A DNA stretch of 30,491 nt from Vulcanisaeta sp. AZ3 (GTDB taxonomy: Archaea > Thermoproteota > Thermoprotei > Thermoproteales > Thermocladiaceae). Positions within the stretch are counted from its first letter, which is position 1. Each line of letters opens with the position of its first letter. Shown here piece after piece: positions 18,879 to 27,332 of the stretch. The notes under the pieces are model-generated. The model was not told where the DNA came from, searched no databases, and saw only the letters and a list, made by a program, of their open reading frames with translations. Location: assembly GCA_000960865.2 (NCBI GenBank), contig JZWU02000020.1, positions 1 through 30,491 on the forward strand, given 5' to 3'. Both the position numbers and the translations under genes were made by a program.

Positions 18879-19922
18879 TTGCCAAAGGCCGTGGAGATAG
18901 GGCACTTCACATGGTTAAGGACACATAAAGCTAAGTACAACGTATCAAGTAGCGGTATGACCCCAATAAAGCTTGAAGAGATTTCAAAGCTTGGAGGTTC
19001 AAGCGACATAATTAACGAGTTAGTTAACATTTATGGTATTGATAAAAGAAATGTAGCACTAACGCATGGAACTCAGGAGGGAAATTTCGCGACTCTATCT
19101 GCATTAAGGGAACTAGGAATTATTGACACTGCAGTTACTGTAATTCCTGAGTACGAACCCATAAGAGTCCTACCCAAGTTCCTTGGGTTAAGGCAGATGG
19201 AGGTTAATATTGAGGGTTCATTAATGGATGTACTGAATTTCATTAAGCCAGGTACTGTGGTTCTTTTATCGAACCCAAATAATCCAACGGGCATGTCTTT
19301 GAGTAAAAAATTGCTTTGGGAATTAAGTGATTCTCTGAGGAGGGTTGGGTCATATGCCATTCTGGACTCCATATTCCTAGAGTTCGTAGAGGAGGACTTA
19401 AGGGATTTGCCTATTGAGAATATGATTTACACATTCAGTACTAGTAAGTTCTATACTATGAATGAACTTAAGGTTGGTTGGGTCATTGGTGATGAGAAAA
19501 TTATTAGGGAGATTAATGGAGTTGTTGACTTGGTAAGTCCACTGGTCCTAGACTTAGACTTAGGCTATGTCTCAATTCTTCTTAGGAATAGAGACTGGGT
19601 TAGGAGGAGGAATCTAAGCATAATAATGCCGAATGTGGAGACCTTAAGGAGAATTATAGGAGAAATAATGAGAACTGCGGAAGTTCAATACGTGGAATAC
19701 ATGCCAATATTATACCTAAGGCCAAAATGCCAAGAACTAACAGGAATGAAACTTGCAAATAAACTACTAGAGAGGGATGTGTTGGTCGTACCTGGGCAAT
19801 ACTTCGGGAGAGATGATGGAGTAAGGATAGGGCTTGGTTCAGTCGATAAAGAAACCTTCGAAACAGCTATGAATATAGTAATTGAGGTGATAAGGCAGGA
19901 ATGTGAGAGGCATGAAACATAA
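18879..19922 (+). CDS. PLP-dependent aminotransferase class I/II
   Basis: THGTQEG, PEYEP, SNPNNPTG, LDSIF, STSKFY (PLP lysine), KVGW, VVPG.YFG, VRIG motifs. Confidence 0.9.
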   Translation: MPKAVEIGHFTWLRTHKAKYNVSSSGMTPIKLEEISKLGGSSDIINELVNIYGIDKRNVALTHGTQEGNFATLSALRELGIIDTAVTVIPEYEPIRVLPKFLGLRQMEVNIEGSLMDVLNFIKPGTVVLLSNPNNPTGMSLSKKLLWELSDSLRRVGSYAILDSIFLEFVEEDLRDLPIENMIYTFSTSKFYTMNELKVGWVIGDEKIIREINGVVDLVSPLVLDLDLGYVSILLRNRDWVRRRNLSIIMPNVETLRRIIGEIMRTAEVQYVEYMPILYLRPKCQELTGMKLANKLLERDVLVVPGQYFGRDDGVRIGLGSVDKETFETAMNIVIEVIRQECERHET

Positions 19923-19940
19923 CGATTCAGGGCAAAAATA

Positions 19941-19952
19941 AAAGCTTTAAAG
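19941..19952 (+). promoter_or_regulatory. BRE/TATA promoter of tRNA-Leu
   Basis: A-rich stretch followed by TTTAAA (19946-19951), about 26 nt upstream of the tRNA. Confidence 0.6.
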
Positions 19953-19976
19953 GTGTTGTGATGTGGGTAGGTTAGA

Positions 19977-20079
19977 GCGGGGGTGCCCGAGCCAGGTCAA
20001 AGGGGGCGGTGAGCAATCGCCCAAACTTAAGATCCGCTGGCGAAGGCCTGCGTGGGTTCGAATCCCACCCCCCGCACCA
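19977..20079 (+). tRNA. tRNA-Leu(UAA) with a 15-nt intron at 30/31 (20010-20024) and encoded CCA
   Basis: Acceptor stem GCGGGGG/CCCCCGC, discriminator A then CCA. The spliced anticodon arm is GCGGA-CTTAAGA-TCCGC. Long variable arm and GGTTCGAATCC T-arm. Confidence 0.96.
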
Positions 20080-20466
20080 ATTACTAACAATGGTATTCAT
20101 ACTTAATTAAAGCCCTTTACATCTTAGTTATATCAATAATGAGTAAGTATGCTTTCGTAATATATTTAATCCAGAGGATTTCTTTTAGGCAATCAAGGTG
20201 GTTCATATTCTTCACAAGGTTGTGTCGCTTAAAGCATTCTGACTATAATTTGATTATCTAAAATCTAGGTTCAAGGGCACCAATATTTAAATAGTCCATA
20301 TAGTCTTTAGATCTCACCTATGGGACTATCGATAATTGAGATGGCCATTACGGTTCGGTCACTATGAATATGAATACTAATCCTCTATTTTTAAAGGCTA
20401 CACTTACAGAACCTTGGAGGTTTCTTTAGAGTAAGTATTTTAAGTTTATTTTCGATAACGATTTCC

Positions 20467-21348
20467 GTGCAAGCTCTCCTATTTGACCATGTTACCAAGA
20501 GGTTTGGTCGTATTGTAGCTGTCGAGGATGTTTATCTGGAGGTTCCCGAGGGTAAGATTGTGGCCTTGGTTGGTCCCAACGGAGCTGGGAAGACAACTCT
20601 ACTTAGGTTGGCGGCTGGGGTTTTAATTCCTGATGAGGGTTCCATATTTATTCATGGCTATAGGTCCACAGACCCTAAAGCTAAGAGGAGGATTGGTTTT
20701 ATGACGCCCATGGATCGTGGGGTCTACTGGAGGATATCTGCCATAGATAACCTAGTATTCTTTGGGACTATTTACGGAATGTCCCTGAGAGATGCTAGGG
20801 CTAGAGCTATGGAACTACTCAAGGAACTGGGGCTTAGTGAGAGGGCTCATGATTGGGTTGCTACGTATAGTACGGGTATGATGAGGAGGCTTGAGATCGC
20901 TAGAGCGTTAATGCATGATCCGGAGGTTTTGTTGCTTGATGAACCGACTAGTGGTATTGATGTTGATGCTAAGCGTACAATTCTTAATTTCATAAGGGGG
21001 CTTAGGGGTAGTAAGACTATAATGTTGGCATCTCATGATCCTCAGGAGATTGAGCTTGCAGATATTGTTGTTTATATAAACAGGAGATTGCTTAATGAGT
21101 CTCCTGTGCTTAAGGTGGCTAGGGTATTAGTTAAGGGTTCTCTCGATGGATTCGATGGGTTCAATATTGAACGTGTTAGCGAAGATGAGTATGTAATTAC
21201 TGTGGGTGTTGATAGGTTTAGTGAGTTAATGGGCAGGTTAGCCGGGCTTGATGGTAGGGTTAGGGTTATGGATATTGATGTGGAGGTTGCGGTTGCCGAG
21301 GGTAATGCGCGTAGGATGGAGAGAATTATGAGGAGAAGGGAGAGGTGA
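20467..21348 (+). CDS. ABC-2/DrrA-type exporter ATP-binding protein
   Basis: GPNGAGKTT, YSTGM signature, LLLDEPTSG, SH switch. Confidence 0.95.
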   Translation: MQALLFDHVTKRFGRIVAVEDVYLEVPEGKIVALVGPNGAGKTTLLRLAAGVLIPDEGSIFIHGYRSTDPKAKRRIGFMTPMDRGVYWRISAIDNLVFFGTIYGMSLRDARARAMELLKELGLSERAHDWVATYSTGMMRRLEIARALMHDPEVLLLDEPTSGIDVDAKRTILNFIRGLRGSKTIMLASHDPQEIELADIVVYINRRLLNESPVLKVARVLVKGSLDGFDGFNIERVSEDEYVITVGVDRFSELMGRLAGLDGRVRVMDIDVEVAVAEGNARRMERIMRRRER

Positions 21349-21354
21349 TTATTA

Positions 21355-22152
21355 ATGGGGTTCTTGGATAAGTTGTATAGTTTTGTCGTAATTAGAGGTT
21401 GGAAAATGTGGGCTAGTTATAAGACCCAGGTTGTGCTAACTATTATTAACTGGGTCATACCAGTATTCATATACTTTTTCATAGGGCTCACGCTAGGTTT
21501 TGGCAGGTTATCCGTGATTAAGGATTACACAGCATTTATGGTGATAGGCATAGCATTCCAAGGCTACTTCTCTGCCTCTGTCGTTACCTTAGCTGGTCGT
21601 ATTAGGAATGAGGAGTTAATAGGTACCCTGGAGTATTTGGTTGCCTCGCCTTTGGGTCCTATGTCGCTCATGATGTATAATACAGTGTGGGGTTTAGTTA
21701 TAAACTCCATCAGCGCCATACTGGTCCTACTCATTGGCCTCGGACTTGGCGTTTACTATCATGCCAATCTAATCTCTACAATAATACTCCTAATACTATA
21801 CCTAGCCTCAATAATAGGGCTAAATCTAATAGCGGGCTCTGTAGTCTTAATTGTTAAGCAAGGAAATCCAGTGGCTCTATTTACCTCAGTTGCCTCAAAC
21901 CTCCTGGGAGGTGTTGTCTTCCCAGTATCTATGTTACCGACTTGGTTAAGATACGTTAGTTACGCAATATCGCTCACATGGGCTCTCGATGGATTAAGAA
22001 GCTCAATGCTGAACAGTTACGGTATACAACAACTAATGCCTTACGTATGGCCATTACTAATACTCACCATAGCCTACTTAACCATAGGAATCGCCCTAAC
22101 AAAATACGCCTTTACGAGAATACTTAGGCAGGGCTCGGTACACATGTATTGA
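21355..22152 (+). CDS. ABC-2 type exporter permease
   Basis: Six TM segments, E..IGTLEYL.ASP, GGVVFPVSMLP.W motifs. SD GAGGTGA upstream. Confidence 0.93.
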   Translation: MGFLDKLYSFVVIRGWKMWASYKTQVVLTIINWVIPVFIYFFIGLTLGFGRLSVIKDYTAFMVIGIAFQGYFSASVVTLAGRIRNEELIGTLEYLVASPLGPMSLMMYNTVWGLVINSISAILVLLIGLGLGVYYHANLISTIILLILYLASIIGLNLIAGSVVLIVKQGNPVALFTSVASNLLGGVVFPVSMLPTWLRYVSYAISLTWALDGLRSSMLNSYGIQQLMPYVWPLLILTIAYLTIGIALTKYAFTRILRQGSVHMY

Positions 22153-22214
22153 ACCCCATTCCACGGTCTTTCCACGAACAATTCCTTAAATAGAACAACG
22201 TGAAACAGCATGTG

Positions 22215-24089
22215 ATGAATAAGTCAATACTAATAATAACTATGGTGGTCGTGATTATCCTAGCCATCACGATATATGCCCAGGCAAGTACAGGCCTAGG
22301 GCTACAGACTAAGGCAGGACTTAAGACATCATACGAAGTTCACTTAATTATCGCTCAGCAATGGGTTAATAGGCTCACTGAGTATGGCATAAACGCGACC
22401 TTGGTCTCTCAATTAGTAAGTCAGGCTCAGGCCGAGGCATCTGTTGGTAATTATACGGGGGCAATTGCCCTACTAAACAAGGCGATTAAAACCTCAGCTC
22501 AATTAATGGCCGAGTACCTGCATAATAATACTTCATTAGTAATTAATTACTATAGTACTACAACAATGACTATAAATAATACTGTTAAACATTCATTGAA
22601 TAATAACAGCATTAACATAATTCTCGTGAACTCACTAAATTATATGAGCAACTATACAATAAACACTAGAGGCCTAGTGCACATACCCACCACAATACTC
22701 TTACTAAACAAAACCTTAAACGAGGCATTAAGCATAAACCCAAATCTAAGTCTAACTATCAATACCACCGCACCAATAATCAAAAGCCTATATCATGAGG
22801 TAGAAGTTTCAGTAATTACACAGAATACAACAGAAGCATCCTCAGCACTGCTTAAGGCCGAGGTGTTAGTGGTAATGAACCTATTCACAAACATAACCAC
22901 TAGGGAGAGATACCTAAACCTAACCTTAAGCCATTGGGTAAGTATTGCTAAGTATAAACTTCGTGAGACCTACAAAAACATCACAAGTACCCTTGGGCCA
23001 AGCGCGTGGTTTGAGTTAAGTGGTAATGTATCCTCATGCTTAAGCTCAATTAATAAACTGGTACCAGGGCTTGCGGCTGGTATTACTAGCCCTGGGCAGC
23101 TCATTAGTAATTATTCCACATGCCTCCTTAAGATTAAGGCCGTAACCATACTAGCTAACAATAGTGGTAGGTTATTGGTGAGCATTCATGAGGTTGCGAA
23201 TGAATTATCATCATTAGGCTTTAATAACAATTACGTGGCCAGCATGGGTAATAGCTGTATTAATGCAATGCTCACATATGCTGCATTAGGTAATGTGAAC
23301 GGTGTAAATAGTACAATTAATTACTGCATGAAATTAATAATGCAATATCACGAACGTGCTAAGTATGCAGGACTAATAGTTAATCTGAGCAACTATAACC
23401 TTATCGAATTAAATAAAACAATAACTCGTATGTTAAAGGCCCATGGAATAACAGGCGTAGTACCAGCATTGTGCTGGGTTAGAATATATGGGAATATAAG
23501 CAGCATCATTAACTCGATAACTAAGTCTGTGCTTAATGGGACAATAAGTGGGCCTGAGGCTTTAGCCTTGATTAATCAATACTTCATGAACCTCACACTA
23601 AATCCACAGTCAATAATTGCGGGGTGTATTAGGCTTAATATAACGGGGCATGTACCACCAACAATAAAAATACCAATGACAAGCATCATAAATTCAAGCC
23701 AGCCCCAAGTAATGGGAATAGGCATGACCGTGGGATTGAACCCCGTGAAGCTACTACTGCTTGTGAATAACCCAACCCAGACCAGCCTATACATAGATGG
23801 TTTTGGGCTTGGCAACCTATACTGTAAATTCAGTACTAACTTGGCCTTGAATGCTGAGTCTCAGGGCTTATTGAAGATTGCACTATATACTACCAGCGGT
23901 TCAGTGCAGGGTACGGCAACCCTCATTACGAGTGCTGCGGTTGGGAGTAGTCAGGAGGTTTCAGTCCTTTGCCAGGGATATCAGCAATTCACGGTGGGTG
24001 CCAATTACACTGGCTACTTAATGCTGAGCAATGGGGAAAAGCTTCAGTTCCAAGTCCAAGCCACCAACCTAATGCAACCATATAGTTAA
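22215..24089 (+). CDS. Secreted, heavily N-glycosylated surface protein of unknown function
   Basis: Signal peptide MNKSILIITMVVVIILAITIYAQA, more than 20 N-x-S/T sequons and 8 Cys. TATA CTTAAATA at 22185-22192 favours ATG 22215. Confidence 0.82.
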   Translation: MNKSILIITMVVVIILAITIYAQASTGLGLQTKAGLKTSYEVHLIIAQQWVNRLTEYGINATLVSQLVSQAQAEASVGNYTGAIALLNKAIKTSAQLMAEYLHNNTSLVINYYSTTTMTINNTVKHSLNNNSINIILVNSLNYMSNYTINTRGLVHIPTTILLLNKTLNEALSINPNLSLTINTTAPIIKSLYHEVEVSVITQNTTEASSALLKAEVLVVMNLFTNITTRERYLNLTLSHWVSIAKYKLRETYKNITSTLGPSAWFELSGNVSSCLSSINKLVPGLAAGITSPGQLISNYSTCLLKIKAVTILANNSGRLLVSIHEVANELSSLGFNNNYVASMGNSCINAMLTYAALGNVNGVNSTINYCMKLIMQYHERAKYAGLIVNLSNYNLIELNKTITRMLKAHGITGVVPALCWVRIYGNISSIINSITKSVLNGTISGPEALALINQYFMNLTLNPQSIIAGCIRLNITGHVPPTIKIPMTSIINSSQPQVMGIGMTVGLNPVKLLLLVNNPTQTSLYIDGFGLGNLYCKFSTNLALNAESQGLLKIALYTTSGSVQGTATLITSAAVGSSQEVSVLCQGYQQFTVGANYTGYLMLSNGEKLQFQVQATNLMQPYS

Positions 24090-24132
24090 TGACGCATTAA
24101 AATTAAGGCTTCATCCCTAAAAATATGAGTTT

Positions 24133-25326
24133 TCATCGATATTTTCTGAAGAATACGTAGTAAAGGATTGGGTCTAGTAGGGCTATGGAGCCACCCAATA
24201 ATATAGGTAGAGAATAAACTGCATAACTCATTAATAAGCCAGCTATAGAACTACCAACACCATAAGGGACTCTACGTGCGATACCGGTTAATGATAAGCC
24301 TCTTGCTCTCTCATCGTCACTAATAACCTCTGTAGATAGGGATTGACGGAGTGGTATCGTTACCATGTACATAGCAACCCTGACCACATAGAGAATAGCA
24401 TCGATTATGAAGATTGGTATTAATGCCATTACTATGAACATGCCCACCGATAAGGACCTAAGTATGGCAATCGCCTTAACCCTCCCAAGTAAATTCTCAA
24501 TCCTACTAGCCATTAGGGTGAGGATTACGGAAACAACGTAGGATGCTGTATACATATTATTTATCTCGATTTCTGTGGCATGCAAATATAATCTAAACCA
24601 GAGTGGTAGGAGTGGTGTGACCATGCCGAGGCCTACGGATCCTAGGGACCCAGCAATAGCTATCTTAGTTATTGATCTCGAGGACTTTCTAGGTATAATA
24701 TTTCTGATGTTTAGAGACCTAATTCTAGGTGGATCGTTCCTTACTAGGAATAGTATTGCTAATGATACAATGCTAAGGGCTAAGGATAACCTAAAGAGGG
24801 TAATATCTCCAAGATTAAGGCTAAGAATTATGTAGGATGTCACAGAGCCTATTAATGATGATATTATTGATATTGATGTTGTTAGGCTGAATACCTTAGT
24901 TCTTTCATGGAGCTCTGTATTATCGGCTAATAAGGAGGTCTGTAGGGGAGCTATTGGACCGCCACCGGCCCCGCCACCGCCTGCAGCACCTGTTGATGTC
25001 CCAAGCACGGAGGTTATAAAGATAAGTGTTTTATCGATTGTTGTGCTGAATATTGCCATGGTCACTACGAAAAGACTTGACATTATAATTAGGGAGTTTC
25101 TCCTGCCAATCATATCACCTAAGAAGCCTGAAAGTAGTACTAAGAGAGCTGATGAGATAGTTGCTATGAAGAAGTAGAAGCCTATCAATGTTATCGGAAA
25201 ACCCAGCGCCTTTAGGTAAAGGGGAATTACAAATACCAAGTAGCCAAAGGCCATGCTCCTCAGGGCCCTTGAGAGGATCAGCAAATAAACGTCTCTATGC
25301 ATTGATTTAATTGCCCAACGCATCAC
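24133..25326 (-). CDS. MFS transporter
   Basis: Motif A G.LGDMIGRR, about 12 TM segments, ERARG in the C-terminal half. Confidence 0.92.
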   Translation of the reverse strand: MMRWAIKSMHRDVYLLILSRALRSMAFGYLVFVIPLYLKALGFPITLIGFYFFIATISSALLVLLSGFLGDMIGRRNSLIIMSSLFVVTMAIFSTTIDKTLIFITSVLGTSTGAAGGGGAGGGPIAPLQTSLLADNTELHERTKVFSLTTSISIISSLIGSVTSYIILSLNLGDITLFRLSLALSIVSLAILFLVRNDPPRIRSLNIRNIIPRKSSRSITKIAIAGSLGSVGLGMVTPLLPLWFRLYLHATEIEINNMYTASYVVSVILTLMASRIENLLGRVKAIAILRSLSVGMFIVMALIPIFIIDAILYVVRVAMYMVTIPLRQSLSTEVISDDERARGLSLTGIARRVPYGVGSSIAGLLMSYAVYSLPILLGGSIALLDPILYYVFFRKYR

Positions 25327-25346
25327 ATATTATTAAAACTGCCTCA

Positions 25347-26105
25347 TTAGTCACACGCCGTGCACTCACCACCATCAAGAACGAGGACATGACCTGTCAT
25401 GAAAGAGGAATCATCGCTCAATAGAAAGATCGCAGCTCTAGCAACCTCCTGTGGTTCTCCGAGTCTACCCATGGGTATGTAACTCATGACGTTCCTAACC
25501 TTCTCCTCCCCTAACCAATCAATCCAGCCAGTCCTAATGCTGCCAAGGACTAGAGCATTGACTCTAATACTGGGCGATAAGGCTAGCGCCATTGCCTTGG
25601 TAAGTGCTATAATCCCCGACTTAGTCACTAGGTATGGTATACCCATGGTATCGCCGGTCCTAGCTGGTATGGACGCTATATTCACAATAGACCCTCCATT
25701 CCTCATTAATTCAATACCATATTTACTGACGAGAAACGTACCTCTTAAATCAACATTGAGTACCTCCTCAAAATCCTCCCAAGTGAGTTCCGTAAACTTC
25801 TTATTCCATATGATGGCTGATCCATGACCGGCATTGTTCACTATACCGTGCAGTACACCATAATTCTCCTTAATAACCTTAAACATTGAAACAACATCCT
25901 CCTCTTTAGACACATCAGCTCTAATAGATATTGCATCAACACCCGCATTTCTTAGTTTCCTTAATAGATCCTCGACCTCTGTGCTTGATTTTCTATAATT
26001 AATCACTACCCTGGCACCTTCATTGGCCACAGCCTCAGCTATAGCCCTACCAATGCCCCTAGAGGCGCCTGTGATGAGAATAACCCTCCCAACCAATCTA
26101 CCCAT
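25347..26105 (-). CDS. Short-chain dehydrogenase/reductase (FabG-like)
   Basis: TGASRGIG, VNNAG, NIAS, YLVTK catalytic motif, PMGRLGEP.E, DGG. Confidence 0.93.
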   Translation of the reverse strand: MGRLVGRVILITGASRGIGRAIAEAVANEGARVVINYRKSSTEVEDLLRKLRNAGVDAISIRADVSKEEDVVSMFKVIKENYGVLHGIVNNAGHGSAIIWNKKFTELTWEDFEEVLNVDLRGTFLVSKYGIELMRNGGSIVNIASIPARTGDTMGIPYLVTKSGIIALTKAMALALSPSIRVNALVLGSIRTGWIDWLGEEKVRNVMSYIPMGRLGEPQEVARAAIFLLSDDSSFMTGHVLVLDGGECTACD

Positions 26106-26192
26106 TACCCGCGAAATGGCTTGCCTTATAAAAATCTCTATATAAAAATCTTATGTAACTACTTATAAGGGAGTATTTTGCCATTAATAATA

Positions 26193-27134
26193 ATGGAGGC
26201 CGTACTACTCAGAAAGACTAAGAGAGACCCTAGGGAAGTCAGGGCTTGGTTTAGGGAAAGACTCTCAAAGCTTGGCATAATAATTGCGCCTGGTGCCTTT
26301 GACGCATTCGTAGCCCTCATGATACAACAGCTGGGTTTTGAGGCTGTTTATGTCTCGGGTGCAGCCTTTAGTAGTTCCCTAGGCTTACCAGACTTAGGTG
26401 TCTTCACTTTGGAGGAGTTAGTTAGGTTTACTAGGTACGTAACTGATGCTGTTGATATACCTGTCATTGTTGATACAGATACTGGGTTTGGTGAAACCAT
26501 AAATGTTGTTAGAACTGTGAGGGAATTCGAAAACATAGGAGTTACTGCAATCCATATTGAGGATCAAGAATTGCCTAAGAAGTGCGGTCATTTGAGCGGT
26601 AAGCATGTGGTTTCTGTAGATGAGATGGTTAAGAAGATTAGGGCTGCGGTCGAGGCTAGGAGAGATGAGAACTTCATAATAATTGCCAGAACGGACGCCA
26701 GGGGTGTTTATGGGCTTGAAGAGGCCATATGGAGGGCGCAGGCCTACGTTGAGGCTGGGGCTGACGTAATATTCCCAGAGGCTCTTGAGAGTAAGGAGGA
26801 ATTTGCAGAATTTGCTAAGAGGGTTAAGGCACCATTGTTGGCTAACATGACTGAGTTTGGTAAGACACCCTTCATAACGGCTAAGGAGTTTGAGGAGATG
26901 GGTTATAAGATTGTGATCTTTCCAGTAACCACATTTAGGGTGGCTATGAAGGCTGTGAGAGATGCGTTGCTTGAGCTTAGGGAGAAGGGTACGAATAAGG
27001 ACTTAATTAGTAAGATGATAAGTAGGCAGGAACAGTATGAAGTTATTCACTATTGGGATTATGAAAATTGGGATAAGGAACTAGACAAAGAAGTGAATGA
27101 GAAATTCGCCAGTAAACTAAAGATAAAACAGTAA
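26193..27134 (+). CDS. prpB: 2-methylisocitrate lyase
   Basis: GLPDLG, VDTDTGFG, HIEDQ..PKKCGHL, IIARTDA, LLANMTEFGKTP. TATA CTTATAAG about 24 nt before ATG 26193. Confidence 0.93.
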   Translation: MEAVLLRKTKRDPREVRAWFRERLSKLGIIIAPGAFDAFVALMIQQLGFEAVYVSGAAFSSSLGLPDLGVFTLEELVRFTRYVTDAVDIPVIVDTDTGFGETINVVRTVREFENIGVTAIHIEDQELPKKCGHLSGKHVVSVDEMVKKIRAAVEARRDENFIIIARTDARGVYGLEEAIWRAQAYVEAGADVIFPEALESKEEFAEFAKRVKAPLLANMTEFGKTPFITAKEFEEMGYKIVIFPVTTFRVAMKAVRDALLELREKGTNKDLISKMISRQEQYEVIHYWDYENWDKELDKEVNEKFASKLKIKQ

Positions 27135-27332
27135 AGCTCATTTACCCTTATATAACCATTTCAATCATCTCATGACAGTAAGGCCTTACAAAGCACTTAA
27201 TCTTTAGTTATTCCCATGGCTAGACCAAGCTGTATACCCTTGAGGGGATAGAGTCCTTACTGACAAGCAAGATCATGGAATTAGTTTGATGGTTAAGGGT
27301 AATGCTCATAAGTTTAATTATTAAGCATACTA

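Noticed and set aside
20139-20261. 40-codon ORF MSKYAFVIYL... upstream of the ABC exporter (possible exported peptide)
   Set aside because: No SD, convincing promoter spacing or recognisable motif.
20080-24089. Integrated element at tRNA-Leu
   Set aside because: No integrase and no duplicated tRNA 3' end (att) seen in the window.
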